Assembly (NCBI RefSeq): GCF_009914755.1
Contig: NC_060930.1
DNA length: 64,000 nucleotides
Reading direction: 5' to 3' (one strand)
Source: the human T2T-CHM13v2.0 reference genome, Homo sapiens
Shown here: positions 26,401 to 41,883 of the stretch, in pieces
How positions within the stretch are numbered: position 1 is the stretch's first letter
Layout: every line of letters starts with the position of its first letter
Made by a program: the position numbers and the translations under genes
The notes under the pieces: model-generated
The model's input: the letters and a program-made list of their open reading frames with translations, nothing else
Database searches by the model: none
Told to the model about the DNA's origin: nothing

Positions 26401-28087
26401 ATTTATAGAAGTTAATGTTATGATGTTGAGCTGTTCTTTCAGCGAGTAATTAGTAATCAGGCCCTATTCTTAAGAACATCATGGTTTATGATAGAAAAAT
26501 TGCATCGCCATTGAAGAAAATAATGCTTTTTTATTGCATTGACAAGTTGGCATGTGTCCAACTTATCTAAAAATGGAATCATTTAGATATGTTAGAGGAG
26601 AAGTACACAGGGCTTGTCCAACCTCTTTTCTACTGCTTAACATTGAATTCTGATCTGCTAAGAGGCTATTTCTTTAATTTCCAGGGACAGCAGTAGCATT
26701 TCGATACTTTCTGTGAAACCCGGTTGTTAAAAGTATGTCTTCTCTCTCTCTCCCAGTGTTAAGTATAACCAGTAATTGCATGCTTATGTGCATAAACCAA
26801 CCTCTAATTATGTATTTTAGAGGTTTCACAAATGTTAATAATGATTCCCTGTGGGAAAAAATAAACAAATAATAAAAATACAGTCCCTGATATTCCATCA
26901 CCATTATAAAATCGGGCTCTACAACTTGCTAACCATGTTGTCACTGACAAGTTACTTGGAACCCACAAAACTTCCTTGTCCTTATCCACAAAATGGGAGA
27001 AATAAGTTTACTTGAATAAAAACCGAATACTTGTGAAGCACTTACACAATGTCTAGTGTGGAGTAAAATATAAATGGAAGCATTTCAGCCTATACTTACG
27101 ATGACTGATGCAGGTGGCCTTATAAGCCTTTTCCATCTCTGGACATTAAAGTTGGTGATAGATCAATAAATGGTGCAAAGTGTCTTAATCAATGAGTGGG
27201 GGAAAGAGTATTGCATCTTCTGAATTTCCTTAATGAGAAGAAAAAGCACTGCAATAATCACTAGTGGAAAAGCTACACCTAAAGTCTGCTTCCTCCTTGT
27301 TCAAGGTCTCCAGAACTGTAGCATTTTAAGAAAAGGAAGTTAAACTATGAAAGAATGTCTAAAGTGGAAGTATAATTTGTAAAAAACAGAGAGTTACTTT
27401 TTTTGAAAATAGGGAAGGCAAATGCTCCAAACATGTTCCTCTCAAGAAGTCAAAAGAGAATGAATGGATACCTGCCAAGTGTTCTGGAATAAAGGAGAAA
27501 CACAGGCCATGTCTCTGAAATCATGAGATGTATCTTATAATTCATGCTAATGTTATATTCTCTATCTTATTTTTACATTTGTTACCATCAAGTGTTCTTA
27601 AAAATCTCAATGACAAGGTGCACTGTGTGTATTTGAAGGCTTTTTGCTACACTACTGTTTATCAGATGGGAAGCACAGGGGCACAGGAGTTTGTCTACAG
27701 TCTACAGACATTATCACTAAGGAATACATTAACATAGGACAGAAAAGAACCTGTCGCCTTGAACAGCATCCAAACAGTCATAATGATAATTTATGGAGTT
27801 AATGTGATATTGACAAGTCACTATTAAAATAATCCTTTGGGAAAATTGTTAGATATCTGCCGTAAGGTTTTCTTTCAAGGGAACCAGCGACAACCTTCAT
27901 CTTAGGAAACTAGTTACGTAATGAAAAGAATGAGGATTTTGTAGTTAATGTATTCCAAACCTAGGTCTGCCATTTACTAGTTGAAGGAAAGTATATAACT
28001 TCTCTGAGCCTCTTCACCTACAAATGGGAAAAACAATAAAGAGTTATTTAAAGGATCAGAAATAGTGAGTATAAAATGCTTAGCTTG

Positions 28088-28300
28088 GAGTGGGGTGTGG
28101 TGGCTCGCACCTGTAATCTCAGCACTTTGGGAGGCTGAGGCGGGTGTATCACTTGAGGTCAAGAGTTCCAGACCAGCCTGGCCAACATGGTGAAACCCAG
28201 TCTCTACTAAAAACACAAAAATTAGCTGGGCATGGTGGTGCACACCTGTAGTCCTGGCTACTCGGCAGGCCAAGGCAAAAAAAAAAAAAAAAAGAAAAAA
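28088..28300 (+). mobile_element. Alu lacking most of the right arm, inserted in a MIR
   Basis: Ends ...caggccaaggc then poly(A). TSD aaaatgc(t/c)tagcttg at 28073-28087 and 28298-28312. Confidence 0.88.
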
Positions 28301-30265
28301 ATGCCTAGCTTGGTTACTGCATACACTGGATGCTCTGTATAATATAATTATACTTTATAAGGTTTTAAGCATTCATTCATATATTCACTTACTCATTTTG
28401 GTAGAATTGTGTGTTGCTGAGACAAAGTGAAAAGTATAGTCTGAATTCCATTCTTGACACACATTTTATTGATATCTACACACGAAAGTTTCTTCAGATA
28501 ATCAGTATAGATCACAGTTTTCACTGGCCACTAAATAACCCCGAGCAATTTGAAGAATTTGTTATCTACAAAACAATGAGGTTAGAATTCCATTAGGCTG
28601 TGTGTGCATGTAGGTCTATCTCAAACTAGTTATTGAGCTTTCAGTATGCAAAAAAAAAAAAAAAAGCATCATATTACATCATATTAGCTTACAGAATGAA
28701 AAGGGCTGGCATAACATGGAACTATAAAATTGCTGTTTCTAGTGTGTAAGGGGCTCACTTCTAAAGGGGATAAAACAGTAAGTATGCAGGAATGCTAGCG
28801 TATTTGTTTTTGAAAGATAGAATAAATGTAGGCTCTAGGAATAGGTAGTCTCAGAGCTTATGAATAAAATGTCAACATAAATGGAATACTTGCTAGAAAC
28901 ATGAAGCCCCCAAACAAAACTCTGCAGTGTCAGCTCCAAAATTGCTATGTAGGAGGAGTCTAAGACCATCTGGGAGGAAGGAGGGCCAAACAGACTTCCC
29001 CTGAAGCTTTGTTTACCTGTACATAGATTTTACTCAGGGTGGTGGTGGTGGTGGTGAAGGAGATATGGAGAATGTTTAACCGCAAACACTATCCACCACT
29101 CCCACCCAGTGTCCCCTTACAATGTGGATTTTAGAATTGGTTTTATCGTTATATTTGGAACCTGAAGTTTGTTATTTTAATATATATCGAGCACCTTATA
29201 AGTAAGGTGCCAGGCAAAGACACAATATCTTTTCCCAGGGGGTACGGGTTCCAGCCTATGGGATAGAGACCTGAAAACAAGTAAGTACAGCGTGTCATAA
29301 GCATCCGTCTGGACTTGTTTCTTTCTAACACACTATAAACTGGATGGAAATCAAGTTTCCATCCAGAATAGGCAAGGTAGTTTTCACAGAATTGGGATTG
29401 TTGAAATCAATTTGGAAGGAATCTTTCTCCACAGCACAATTTCTGTAAAACAAAGCTAAATTTCAAAGCACATGTTCCCTATAAATATTATCTTCACTAG
29501 TAAATTTTAAAAATGACTCAAAATGACAAAAGCTTTGCACATAACTCTCCTGAAAACCCACAGGTTGAAAAAAAAATCACTGGTGCCTTAATATTCCACT
29601 GAAAGAAAAAGAAAAATACTTTGGCTGATCACAGCTAATTTAGTTAATAAGGGCCCAATGAAAGCTAAACCTTATTTTATAAAATGCTGAGAATACTGAG
29701 TGATTACCATAAGCCAAGACAGCACTGGGTGATTACACACATTACCTTTATCAGAATTCTACAGAATGCTTCTTATACAAATTTATATGTTAAAGCCCCA
29801 AATTATTCTTCTCAATGACAGTTTTAATTTCCAGGATTGTCCTTCCCTTCAGCTACCAAGTATCAATCCAAGAGCAGGGCTTAGAAAACAAGGCCCTAAA
29901 ACATTTAATTTCCTTTTGGTTCTGGTTTTACGTGGGATCACAAATATTTGGCTTAGAATTCATAGCTTCTACTGTGCCTTAAAAGAGTCAAATTCTAATG
30001 TGACTCTCTGAAACGTTTTCCAAAGACTTGAGGCTGTCAGTATAATATTGACTAGATAAAGAAATAAACTTTACACAAGTATAAATGTGCTTTTCTCCTT
30101 TTGCTAAAAGGTAGTTAGTTCAATGTTACTGGGGTGATAGTAAATAAAAATCAAAGAAAAGGAAAATAAGGAAGAAGTATTTAGTTCAAGAGGAAAATTC
30201 TTAATGATATATTGAATAGAACATTTACATCTCAGGTTTAACCAATACCGAATCAAATACATTTA

Positions 30266-30639
<374 letters not shown>

Positions 30640-31444
30640 CTAGAGTACAGTTCTCCACACTCCTTTCCATTGCCTTTTCCACTGGACTTGTTTTTCTTTT
30701 TGTTGGTGTATGTGGTATGTATGCAGAGTTCCCAAGGATCACTCTCAAAATGTATGATGCTGGTTATACCTCTGCATTTTCCTCATTCTATTGTTTTTCT
30801 CAAGTACCTCTTAACTTCAATAAAGGTCACTCAAGATTACAAAAACATGCTGTCATTTTTCTATAGCAGGAATGCCTTTATTCCATTGGATACTGGAAAA
30901 TTCTGATTTGTAATGACAATAAGAAATAATTCATTGCAAAGCCAGGATAGAACATGACCAGAGTTTAGTGGGGGGGATGGGCAAGCCAACCTTGGGAATG
31001 GCTAAGAGTTGATAAGGGCATAAGCTCAAGAGTATGCTCCCGTTTTTATTAATAGATAGGGGCACACAACTAATAAATAATAAAAGACAATGATTAACTT
31101 TTATTAGTTACCAAATGCATAAATTTATTACAGCATTTTATATAACTAACTGTCCTCCCCTTTTTCAGTGTGTTTTCCCTTGGCTTCCTGGACACTTCAT
31201 TACCGGTTGTTCCATTTTCCCCACAGATTTCTCCCTTCATCTCTCTCCTTCAGGTGCCTCTTCTAGGTACTGCTGAATATTATCTTTCTCAGATGCTCTT
31301 ATTTCCTACTCTCTCTCTCTCCTTCTCTGTCCTGATTTCTCTAGGAACAATAATTTTGCATATTAAACACCCACGGAGAGCTTCCACTATGTATTTCCAA
31401 GGCTTCTCAAACTTTGTGTGTCAAAAGTGAACTCATTTTAGGTC

Positions 31445-32135
31445 CAAACGTCACCCTCAAGGAAGTGGAGCATAATTCCCCATTTCTTAGGTGTGATCTG
31501 TACATAGAGACTTCCTTACAAAGAGCACAGCAGAATAAAGTTGGGGGGAGTGTAAGTTTATGTGGAGAAACCTGACAAACCCGGCCACAGCCTGGTGACC
31601 AAGATCAACACCAACAGTGATAAGTCATGATAAGTCATATTGACACATATACCCTTACTATCCTGTCATGAACATGGTACCCTTACTGCCCTGTGATCTC
31701 CGGAAACCCATACCTAGACTAATCATGAGAAAAATATGAGACAAATTCCAATCAAAGGACTTTCTACAAAATACCTGACCAGTACTCCTCAACACTAACA
31801 AGGTCATCAAAAACAAGGAAAGTCTGAGAAACTGTCACAGCTGAGAGGAAACTAAGGCGACGTGGCAATTAAACAAAACCCACTATCCTAGGTGGGATTC
31901 CGGAACAGAAAAAGAGGGATGCTAAATAAAAATTAAGACAATATGAGTAAAGTATGAACTTCAGCTAATTACAATGTATTAATACTGGTTCATTAATTGT
32001 AAGAAATGCACCACACTAATATAAGACTTTAATAACAAAGGAACTGGGTGTAGGGTATAAGAAAGCTTTCTGTGCTACCATTAGAATTTTTCTGTAACTC
32101 GAAAACTATTCTAAAGTAAAAATTTTATTTTTAAA
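31445..32135 (+). mobile_element. L1MC/MD-type 3' end inserted in an L2 (L2 from ~31140)
   Basis: gagaaacctgacaaac, aaggtcatcaaaaacaaggaaagtctgagaaactgtcacag, aaaactattctaaa. Confidence 0.75.
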
Positions 32136-33355
32136 AAATTTATCTTGTTGCCTTCCCAGCCTTTTTACTCGTCTTATGTTCCGTATTTCTGCCCATGTAA
32201 TTATGATGGAGCAAGTGGGGCTTTGCCCCAAGCATCCACGTTTATAAGGCATACAGATGTTAGTGAATGAAGTTTTATTAATTCTGAAATTTAACATCTA
32301 AGTTAAATTACACCTCAATAAAAAAAAAATAGTTAAAATAGAAAACTTCCAGAGAGTCCCTATTGTTAACAACAAAAATCTGGGTACCATACCATGAAAT
32401 ACAGAGTTGATTAGAGGCAATCCAGAGTGGAGAGGTCAAAGTGGACCCATTCTGATTCTGATTCAGAAAATGGTAAATTTATTTCTCTATAACTCAACTG
32501 GACTGACTCATTAGGACCACCTCACAGGGCCTTCTGCCTCTTTTGCTTGCCATTTTACATTCATTAGTTTCTCCAATTAAATTCTACACTCATCTCCCTG
32601 GTTAAATAAGTGCCTATTAAATACATACACAGTCTTCACCTTTTTCTTCTTTCTACTTGTCTTCTCAGATATAATGTCTCAAGCAGGCTCAGTGACCTGT
32701 TGCATGAAGTAGCACCTGGTCTGCCACCCTCCCCTGTCCTGGTGGCCCCTGCTGTGGTCTGGATGGACCCAGTTGGTCACAAACATGCTGAGCCTGTGTT
32801 CATACCATGAAGCACTGCTGAATTCATCTGTTCTCTCAGGTTCTGTACTTCTCCCCTGCTGACCTCCCAGTGGTGGCCTCTAGTGCTGGTGTTCTTCTCA
32901 CTCTTCAGCCTCTGCTTCCTGATCTCTGCTCTTTTCCAGTTCTCTTACCACATCCACATTACTTCCAGGACATACAGAAACTTCCAGAACCCTTGCACTC
33001 CAAATATAGGCCCTGGAAACCAAGAATAGTATCTCAGGCCCATATACTTAAACCTCTTCTTTAACATGGGCAATTATGATTTCATCCACTGCTGTATTTC
33101 CAGGTTGCCATGTTGCTCTAGAATGATGCTGAATGCAAACGTTCCTGAAGGGGCCACGCCATAGGAAAGGAGGAGCAAATCCTCTGGCTTTGGGGTTATT
33201 CCAAAGCTATTGGGGTTCTTCTACCACTGTGACTGTCATCAGTAAGTCCCTCTTCACCTTTGTAAGAGAGCAGCGGAGCATGGACTAGATTCCCCAAATT
33301 GGTCAGCTTTCTTTCTTGTCTTCATGCTTCATTGTGCTCACGTGCTCTCTCTGTC

Positions 33356-33420
33356 CTTGTTCTCATTCTCCTCCCCCCCTAGACTCGACTTGTTCTCATT
33401 CTCCTCTCCCCATGACTCGA
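33356..33420. repeat. 33-bp tandem duplication
   Basis: cttgttctcattctcctc...gactcga present twice. Confidence 0.85.
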
Positions 33421-33512
33421 TTCCTCCCCTCAGACATAGAAAGGACTGGAATTGCTCTCACTTATGTCATAGCCATATCCTTCCCTACTCTGTAGTTATA
33501 TTAAATCTTCAT

Positions 33513-33720
33513 GCATTTGGGGAGGCCTAGGAAGGAGAATCATTTGAACCAAGGAATTTGAGAGCAGCCTGGGCATCGTGGTGAAACCCCACCTTTACAA
33601 AAAATACAAAACTTAGCCAGTTGTGGCAACAGGCACCTGTAAGTCCCAGCTACTTGAGAGGCTAAGGTGGGAGGACTGCTTGAGCAACCTCCACAACAGC
33701 AACCTCTGTTGTGGAGGTTG
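33513..33720 (+). mobile_element. Partial AluJ ending in a 15-bp inverted repeat
   Basis: Alu-like until ctgcttgagc; caacctccacaacag (33685-33699) pairs with ctgttgtggaggttg (33706-33720). Confidence 0.8.
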
Positions 33721-36700
33721 TGCTTTAGTCCTCTGTATATGACTTAATATTCAAAGCCTAGATTTGGAAATTCTGGAAAAACCCTTTTATTGCTCATTAA
33801 GCCAGGCTCTTACAAATAATAAAAAAAAACTTCTTTTGAGATTATCATCTCACCATAGACTTCAAAAATACCTATTTTGAAATTCAAAGCAGAACATTGA
33901 TTTCTTTGGTCTTGGCAGTGTCTGCCCTCTGCTGCCCTTGGAAATAAGATCAGGCTTAAGTCTGAACCTTCACAGCAGAAGGGCTGCCAGGGACAAACCT
34001 TCATTACTCAGAGGAACAATGCAATAGGTTATACTTAAGCTATTATATTATCCCAAAATAAATGTCTTTATTCTCCTTGGCGCAGATTCCAGCAATGAAG
34101 GTGATGGCTTTGGACGGAACTCCCATTGTCCTAGTTACCAAGGCAAGTAACAATGACATTTTGTTTAACTGCTTTCTCTGATTTCATATTCAATTAAATA
34201 TCAAGTATTGTCAATTCCATCACTATACTTTTCCAACCACTTTTCCCTCCTCCCAGTTTCCATTAATTCTCCCCTTACTTCTCACCTAGAAGTCTTTACA
34301 CCTTCAGTTTCTTTCAGAGATTCTTTCTTCAGGTTTGGAACGTGCAACTTGGGGTGCTGTAAACCTTAGATCCAATTCTACCTCTACATTTGCTAGTTTG
34401 TGAATTTGAGCAAGTTTTTAAACCTATATTTCCTCGCCCTTATAAGGCTCTCAGGAGGACAAAATAAGATAATGCATCATGGTGTCTAGTGCAGAGCAAG
34501 GCAAATGGTTGCCATTATTATTATTATTATTCTGCTTAAATGTCAAAATGTTTCATACAATCCATGAAAGAGATCGACATTAAAGGCAAGGTAGGCTTCA
34601 GAAAAGTGTAGCTGTGGGGAAAGATCATGCACATGGGTGTCAGCGGAAGCACAGAGTTGTAAGAAAACAAGTGGAAGCAGACAGGGTCAGGGAGGAAGGG
34701 AGAGAAATGTTGAAGAGGTGGACTCAGAATTGGTATTTTATTTCACAGGCATTGAAGAGATGTTTCCTTTATACAACAATGTTGTGCATGTGTAGTGTAA
34801 GTGTGTGTGTGTGTGACTCTAAAATTAAAAATAAAAGCAGGAGGTTAGAAAGATAGCAAAAATGAATGGTTCCAACAATTAAACATGCTTACATTTTCTA
34901 AATATGAAGCAAACTTCAGATTTTCTAAAAGAGATAAATCCTTACAGATGAAGGTGAACTATCAAAATCTCCCCACCTCATTCTATCAACAAAATATTTC
35001 ATTTAATTTGTATGTAATGTCTGTTAAATATTTTAATTTTTTTAACCTTAATTTTATCTTTGCAATTAGGCCCTCCTGCCTTCAAATACGTTTACTGTTA
35101 ACAACAAAAAGAGAGAAAGAGAGACATATGTCAAAACCCAAGAGAAAGGGAGAAAGAAATTGCCAGCAGAATAAGATTTGGAAAAAGCCAGGGATAAAAT
35201 CTTAAGGATGAGAGGCATGAAAAGAAAATATGCTTACGCAAAATGACAATAAATGAACACACGTACTTAGAATAAACATTCGATGACTGCCCCACCCCCA
35301 GACAACAAATAACCCAAATAGAGGAATAAGACATACAATTAGTCAAGTAAGAAACTGAATCCATTTCACATTCAGAAGCAAAAGGCTCCAAGTGAACATG
35401 GTTCATTGACAGTCATGTTGGGAAGAATTCATGATTCAGCTCATCAGGTGATCAATTGCCAAGCTCTTAGCAGAAAAGAATTGTACCTTATTTATTGTAT
35501 CACCTCCAGTTACCAATACATCATTGGCCTTCAGTAAACTTATTGAACTAAACTAAATGAAATACCTGAGAGTTAGAGAATATGAACTCTGGCCATGGGA
35601 GTGAGCTGACTTTTCACCAACGTTTGAAAACAGGTCTATATTATCCTCCCTCAGCTAAATGATACCGTAGAAGTGGTTGAGGTGAGTCTTGCATCACTTT
35701 ACATTCTGACTGAGGAAAGTTTATAGGCTTGTTTTTTCTTTTGTTGGCCCTCCTTTGTAAAGATAATTTATCACGACTTTAAATGAGCTCAAGGTTCCAG
35801 TTGTTTCCTTCTGCTCAGGTTATCAGAAGCTGCACAAAGTGGTCTGGTACTTGGGACACTTTGTTGTCCCAAAAAGACGATATTCAAAGTCTGGTTCTAC
35901 TAACTCTATTCTCCTTCCTATAAGATCCTTCCTAAGAGACCGTCAGCTGTTCTGCAAGGAGTTCAGAATTACTAATGATGGATGACTGAAGAAAATGAAA
36001 AAGGTTGAGAATGCTAGGATAGGCAGATTAATAAAAATTAAAAACTTCAAATAATGTTTTGTATCTTTTGCCCCATGTCCTCCAGGTTGTTAATTACCTG
36101 TTTCAGTGTACAAGAAAAATAGGACCTATCTCCCGGTGGATGAGCATCCTTTAAACCTTTATGATGCACTTGAATTACAGCTATTAATAGCGAGCTCATG
36201 GAAGAATGAGTAAGACATTCCTACTCATTAAAGTTCTCCCAAATGATACATCCTAAACTTTAAGTTCCTTAAGTGGCTGTAACTTTCCATTAATTAAAAA
36301 GGAACAAAGTTTCCTTTTTAAAAAATTTCTAGGAAATGGGGCCTTGAAATTCATCTTCTCTGAAAAAAATGGTCAATTCCTTTGTGACTAATTATCTAAG
36401 GTATTTTTCTCTTTTCTTTTCTTCTCTGTCTCCCATTATTGGAGTGGAAGAAAGAGTGTGAGTAGAGTCGTCCTCTCCTTTATTTCTAGGCTTCTCCAGG
36501 AGTTTATATGGATCAGTGAAGACTAGTAAGGATTCAAAAAATGTGAAGACATAACGAGTGTTGAAACCATTATTATTTATATCTTTTTTGCTACTGCTGT
36601 TACCTTGCTAATTTCCATTTCACATGTTAACTTTCCATTTTCAGTCAGTGGTTTTCACGTGCTCAAAAGTCTTAGTTTCTTTCAATGCTCAGTGTTAAAT

Positions 36701-36761
36701 ATCAGATAAGTAAAAAAAGTTCTTAAATTTACATGGAGGTAAAAATAAAATAGTAAAGAAC

Positions 36762-37066
36762 GGCCGGGTGCCGTGGCTCACACCCGTGATCCCAGCACTT
36801 TGGGAGGCCAACGCAGGTGGATTGCTTGAGGTCAGGAGTTCGAGACCAGCCTGGCCAACATGGTAAAACTCCATCTCTACTAAAATTATACAAATTAGCT
36901 GGGCATGGTGGTGCATGCCTGTAGTCCCAGCTATGTTGGGAGGCTGAGGCACGAGAATTGTTTGAACCCAGGAGGCAGACGTGGCAATGAGCCAGGATCA
37001 CAGCACTGTACTCCAGCCTGGGTGACAGAGTGAAACTGTCTCAAAAAATAAAATAAAATAAAATAT
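36762..37066 (+). mobile_element. AluS with (AAAAT)n tail
   Basis: TSD aaaataaaatagtaaaga on both sides. Confidence 0.92.
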
Positions 37067-37204
37067 AAAATAAAATAGTAAAGACCGAGGGGGAGAGGTC
37101 TGCTCCTTGAAGAACTATCAAACACATTTTGGGGATGTCTTCATCCAAGGACAACTCTGATTACCTGGATTTTTCACCAGAAAGATCTAAAGAGAAAATC
37201 AAAT

Positions 37205-37755
37205 TTTATTATTTATTTTTTGCAACTTCTATTTTGGATTCAGGTTTGTGCAGGTTTGTTACATGAGTGTATTGCATGATGCAGAGATTTGGGGTACAAA
37301 TGATCCTGTCACCCAGGTAGTGAGCATAATGCCCAATAGTTTTTCAGCCCATGTCCTCCTCCCAGTAGTCCTCAGTATCTGTTGTTCCCATCTTTATGTC
37401 CACGTGTAATCAATATTTAGCTCCCACTCATAAGTGAAACATGTAGTTATTTGCCTTTCTGTTTTTGCATTAATTTGCTTAGGTTAATGGGCTCCAGCTG
37501 CATCCACGTCAATGCAAAGGACATAATTTCTTTCTTTTTTATGGCTGTCTAGTATTCCATGGTGTATATATACCACGTTTTCTTTACCCAATCCACTGTT
37601 GTTGGGCACCTAGGTTGATTCCATGTCTTTCCTATCGTGAATAGCGCTCTGATGAACATTTGAGTGCATGTGTCTTTTTGATAGAACTATTTATTTCGCT
37701 TTGGGTATATACTCAATAATGGGAATGCTGGAGCAAATAGTAGCTCAATTTTAGG
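37205..37755 (-). mobile_element. L1PA15/16-like 3' end
   Basis: tattgcatgatgcagagatttgggg...gtcacccaggtagtgagcata. Confidence 0.8.
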
Positions 37756-38781
37756 GTCTGCAAACCTAGTTTTCTTAGTTTGAAAAGCAGTTATATAATT
37801 TCATTATTATTCAGTTTGTAAATGTTTGTAAATCTGGAATCATTTCTCAATAGGATGATAGTGTGTTTAAAAAAAAAAGACAATCTTCACATTTAAATTC
37901 TAATCTGCTGGGCTCTTAAAAAAGCCCAGTTCAATTTGTTTTGTTTTGCTTTCTCACACAGCTGAGATACCACAGCTTTGTAGCATCTACAAAAGATTAT
38001 TAAGGTGAACTGAGAAAGTTGGTGATTGGAAAGGATAACTTTCCAGTTTTATTTTTATTCAGATTGCTGATTGATTAGGCTGCAGCACAACCTGAAATTT
38101 GGAGGAGATGAGGTTGGTCACTGTGTAGGTTGAAGGAATCCTGCAGAGAAAATGAGTAAAAATCAGAGCCCAAACCAAATCCACGTGTTTTCTATGCACT
38201 AATCCCCAGGAGCTTTAAATACATAAAACATGTGGAAAGACATAATCAAGTAGCTATAAATTCCATCATAGAAGTTTTCCAGTGGAACTAGGCAATCAGT
38301 CCATTCAAAATAAACCACAACAGGGATTCTTGATGGTGGAAAACATTACAAATAACTTGCAAGCTGGCAAGAAATTACAGCCAATAAGTGTGCTCTAAGA
38401 ATAGTAGATACCTATAATAAATGATTTCCAAAGGAAATTCCAGTTATTAGAAGAAGGCCAACAAAAGATGTGGGGATGACTTTAGTTCCAGCATGCTCTG
38501 TTTCTCTCCACTGGCTTGTGTTGAAAGGAAGAACTGTTTTTTAATTCCCCATTTCAAGTAGTTCCCATGCTTTAATATAGTCAGAAAATGTACATGTTTT
38601 CCCCATAATGTAAAAGAGGGCCTCATTCTTTAAGAAAAGAATGGGAATTTCAAACAATTATTACCATTAGCATGTCTAGAGAAGATCATATTTCTATATC
38701 TTGAAAGACACATCCACGGAGTTTATAGATGAAGTCAGGTGGTAGAAATAAGGACTAGTCCTTTAAGAAATATAGGCATAT

Positions 38782-39148
<367 letters not shown>

Positions 39149-39474
39149 CTAACAGGCCCTGGGGATTTGAAGTCAGACAAGACCCTGGCCTTTCCATCAG
39201 TGATTATTCCTGAGTGGAGGATGGGGACAAATACGTATGTTGTCATGTCGCCATATCATTTGTGCAATAAGAGAGGCAGGCAAAAAAGCTCTAAGGAGAG
39301 ACATCTAAAACACAGTGGGAGGCAAATTGCTTAAACTCCTGTGACCTGGATTTTCTCATCTGAAGAATAGAAACAAGGATAACCAGACTGTGGAAATATT
39401 GAAAGGATCAGATGAATCATATTATAATGAAGAATACCATACAAATGTGATCTATTGTTAATATACTTCTTAAA

Positions 39475-40015
<541 letters not shown>

Positions 40016-40034
40016 TTCTAAGATAAAAAGCCTT

Positions 40035-40215
40035 TAATATGTGCTAAGCACTGTTATTAGCTATTTACATATATAAATCAATCCTCTCAACCACCCTATG
40101 AGGTAGATACTATTGTTAGTACTTCACAAATGAGGAAACTGAGGCCCAGAAAGATTAGGTAACTTCTGCACAGTTACACAGCTAAGTTTCAAACCCAGGC
40201 ATCTGGCTCCAAGCA
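40035..40215 (-). mobile_element. MIR
   Basis: caaccaccctatgaggtagatactatt...acaaatgaggaaactgaggcccaga. Confidence 0.8.
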
Positions 40216-40229
40216 GAGAATTTACATTG

Positions 40230-41590
40230 ATGTTATTGATGCTTAAGCTTTGGGACTTCTCCTTTGCCTGTGCCACACCAAGACTCTAGGTGGGGTCCCA
40301 GTAGTATCTTCATATGGCCATATGTACTTGTAAAATTTGCAAAAGTAAGACATTTTATCCAATTAGTTCAGAATATTCTCCTTTTTGATCCAACTTCAGA
40401 TCCCTCATGTTTCCCCCCTTGCCAGGTAGAGTTGGAGTAAACATGTCATTTTTGAAATACAGCTAAGGGCTAGTTGAGTTGATGTTGATGACACATTCAC
40501 TTTGGATTTAGTGAGATCTCTTTATGTAGCTTGCAGTCACTCCCATGACTGGTTGTTGGGGAGGCCTCACATGCTAGTGAGGGTAGAGACAGAATCCAGA
40601 GGTTTGTCTGACTCTATTGAAAATTCTCTGTACCCTACACTCCTTTCATGTGTTCAGTAATCCATAAACAGTTTTCTTAATTCTTTCTTTAACTGAGAGG
40701 CATGATAGTCTATCCTCAACCACCAACAGCATTTGGCACTACAACTCGTGTCCGACCTGGCTTTAACACACCTTTCTAGGTTATGTCCCCTCTAGATCTC
40801 CCTTTACACCATGCTCCAGCCAAAGGGCACTTCTTCCTTTGCTGGGCCATGCTCTTTGCTCTTGCTTAGGCGTTTATTAACTTTCTTGCTGACATGGCAC
40901 GAAATCTGACATTAGCAAAGATAACATACACTCCTAATTCACCATAAAAAACATCAGCGTCACACTGGTTAGTGGGCGTTAGCATTTAAAATAAGTCAAT
41001 AGACAAGAAAACTTGAAATGCCAGAAATCTTACAGCTTATATATAAAAAAGGAACTAGAGTTTTTTTTAGATTTGATGAAGATTCTAAAAATACATATGG
41101 CATTATCAATAATGGAGTTTGAAGCTGAAAGTTTTCTAAACTATCAGTAACTATAAATATTGGCTAATAATATTAACCCCTCACAATGGTGGAAAGACAG
41201 AATTTGCATACTATTCTTGCCAAAATAGTGATATAAAAGTTGTTATAGGCCAGGCACAGTAGCTCACACCTGTAATTCCTTTAGGAGACTGAGGTAAGAA
41301 GATTGCTTGAGGTCAGGAGTTCAAGACCAGCCTAGGCAACATAGTGAGAACCCCATCTCTACAAAAAAAAAATGTTGTTACGTGCAGCACAAATTACAGT
41401 AGAAGTAGTATAAGATGTATCAGCAGTTAATAAATAAAATATTTTTTCTGGATTTTCTGATTTGGAGAAAGTCTTTGAAAACTGTAATGTTATTTGTTTT
41501 GTAACCTTTTATAAATATTTGTTTCATACCTAATGTTTTTTTCCATCCTTAAAGAGAGTTCCACAAAATGTATAACATTTAGGACTGGCC
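40230..41590 (+). mobile_element. Fragmented hAT-Tip100-type DNA transposon (Zaphod/Arthur-like) with transposase C-terminal remnant
   Basis: ~41060-41220 reads, with frameshifts, ILKIHMALSI...EAE(R)SFSKLS, resembling the hAT dimerisation motif ERSFSKL. Confidence 0.5.
41248..41372 (+). mobile_element. FLAM / Alu left monomer
   Basis: Monomer plus poly(A); TSD-like aaa(a/t)gttgtta. Confidence 0.8.
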
Positions 41591-41883
41591 AGGCATGGTG
41601 GCTCACACCCGTAATCCCAGCACCTTGGGAAGCTAAGTCGTGAGGATTGCTTGAACTCATTGTTCCAGACCAGTCTGGACAGCATAGCAAGACCCCATCT
41701 CTAAAAAAATAATTTTAAAAATGAGCTGGGTGTGGTGACATATGCCTGTAGTCCCAGCTATTCAGGAGGCTGAGGTGGGAGGATCACTTGAGCCCAGGAA
41801 GTCAAAGCTGCAGTGAACCATGATTGCGCCACTGCAACAGAGCAAGACCCTGTCTCAAAAACAAACAAACAAACAAAAAAAAC
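41587..41883 (+). mobile_element. AluJ
   Basis: gaggatcacttgagcccagga...aagctgcagtgaaccatgatt; (CAAA)n tail. Confidence 0.88.

Noticed and set aside
29340-29366. 11-bp perfect inverted repeat ctggatggaaa/tttccatccag
   Set aside because: Short enough to arise by chance in 64 kb; no supporting context.
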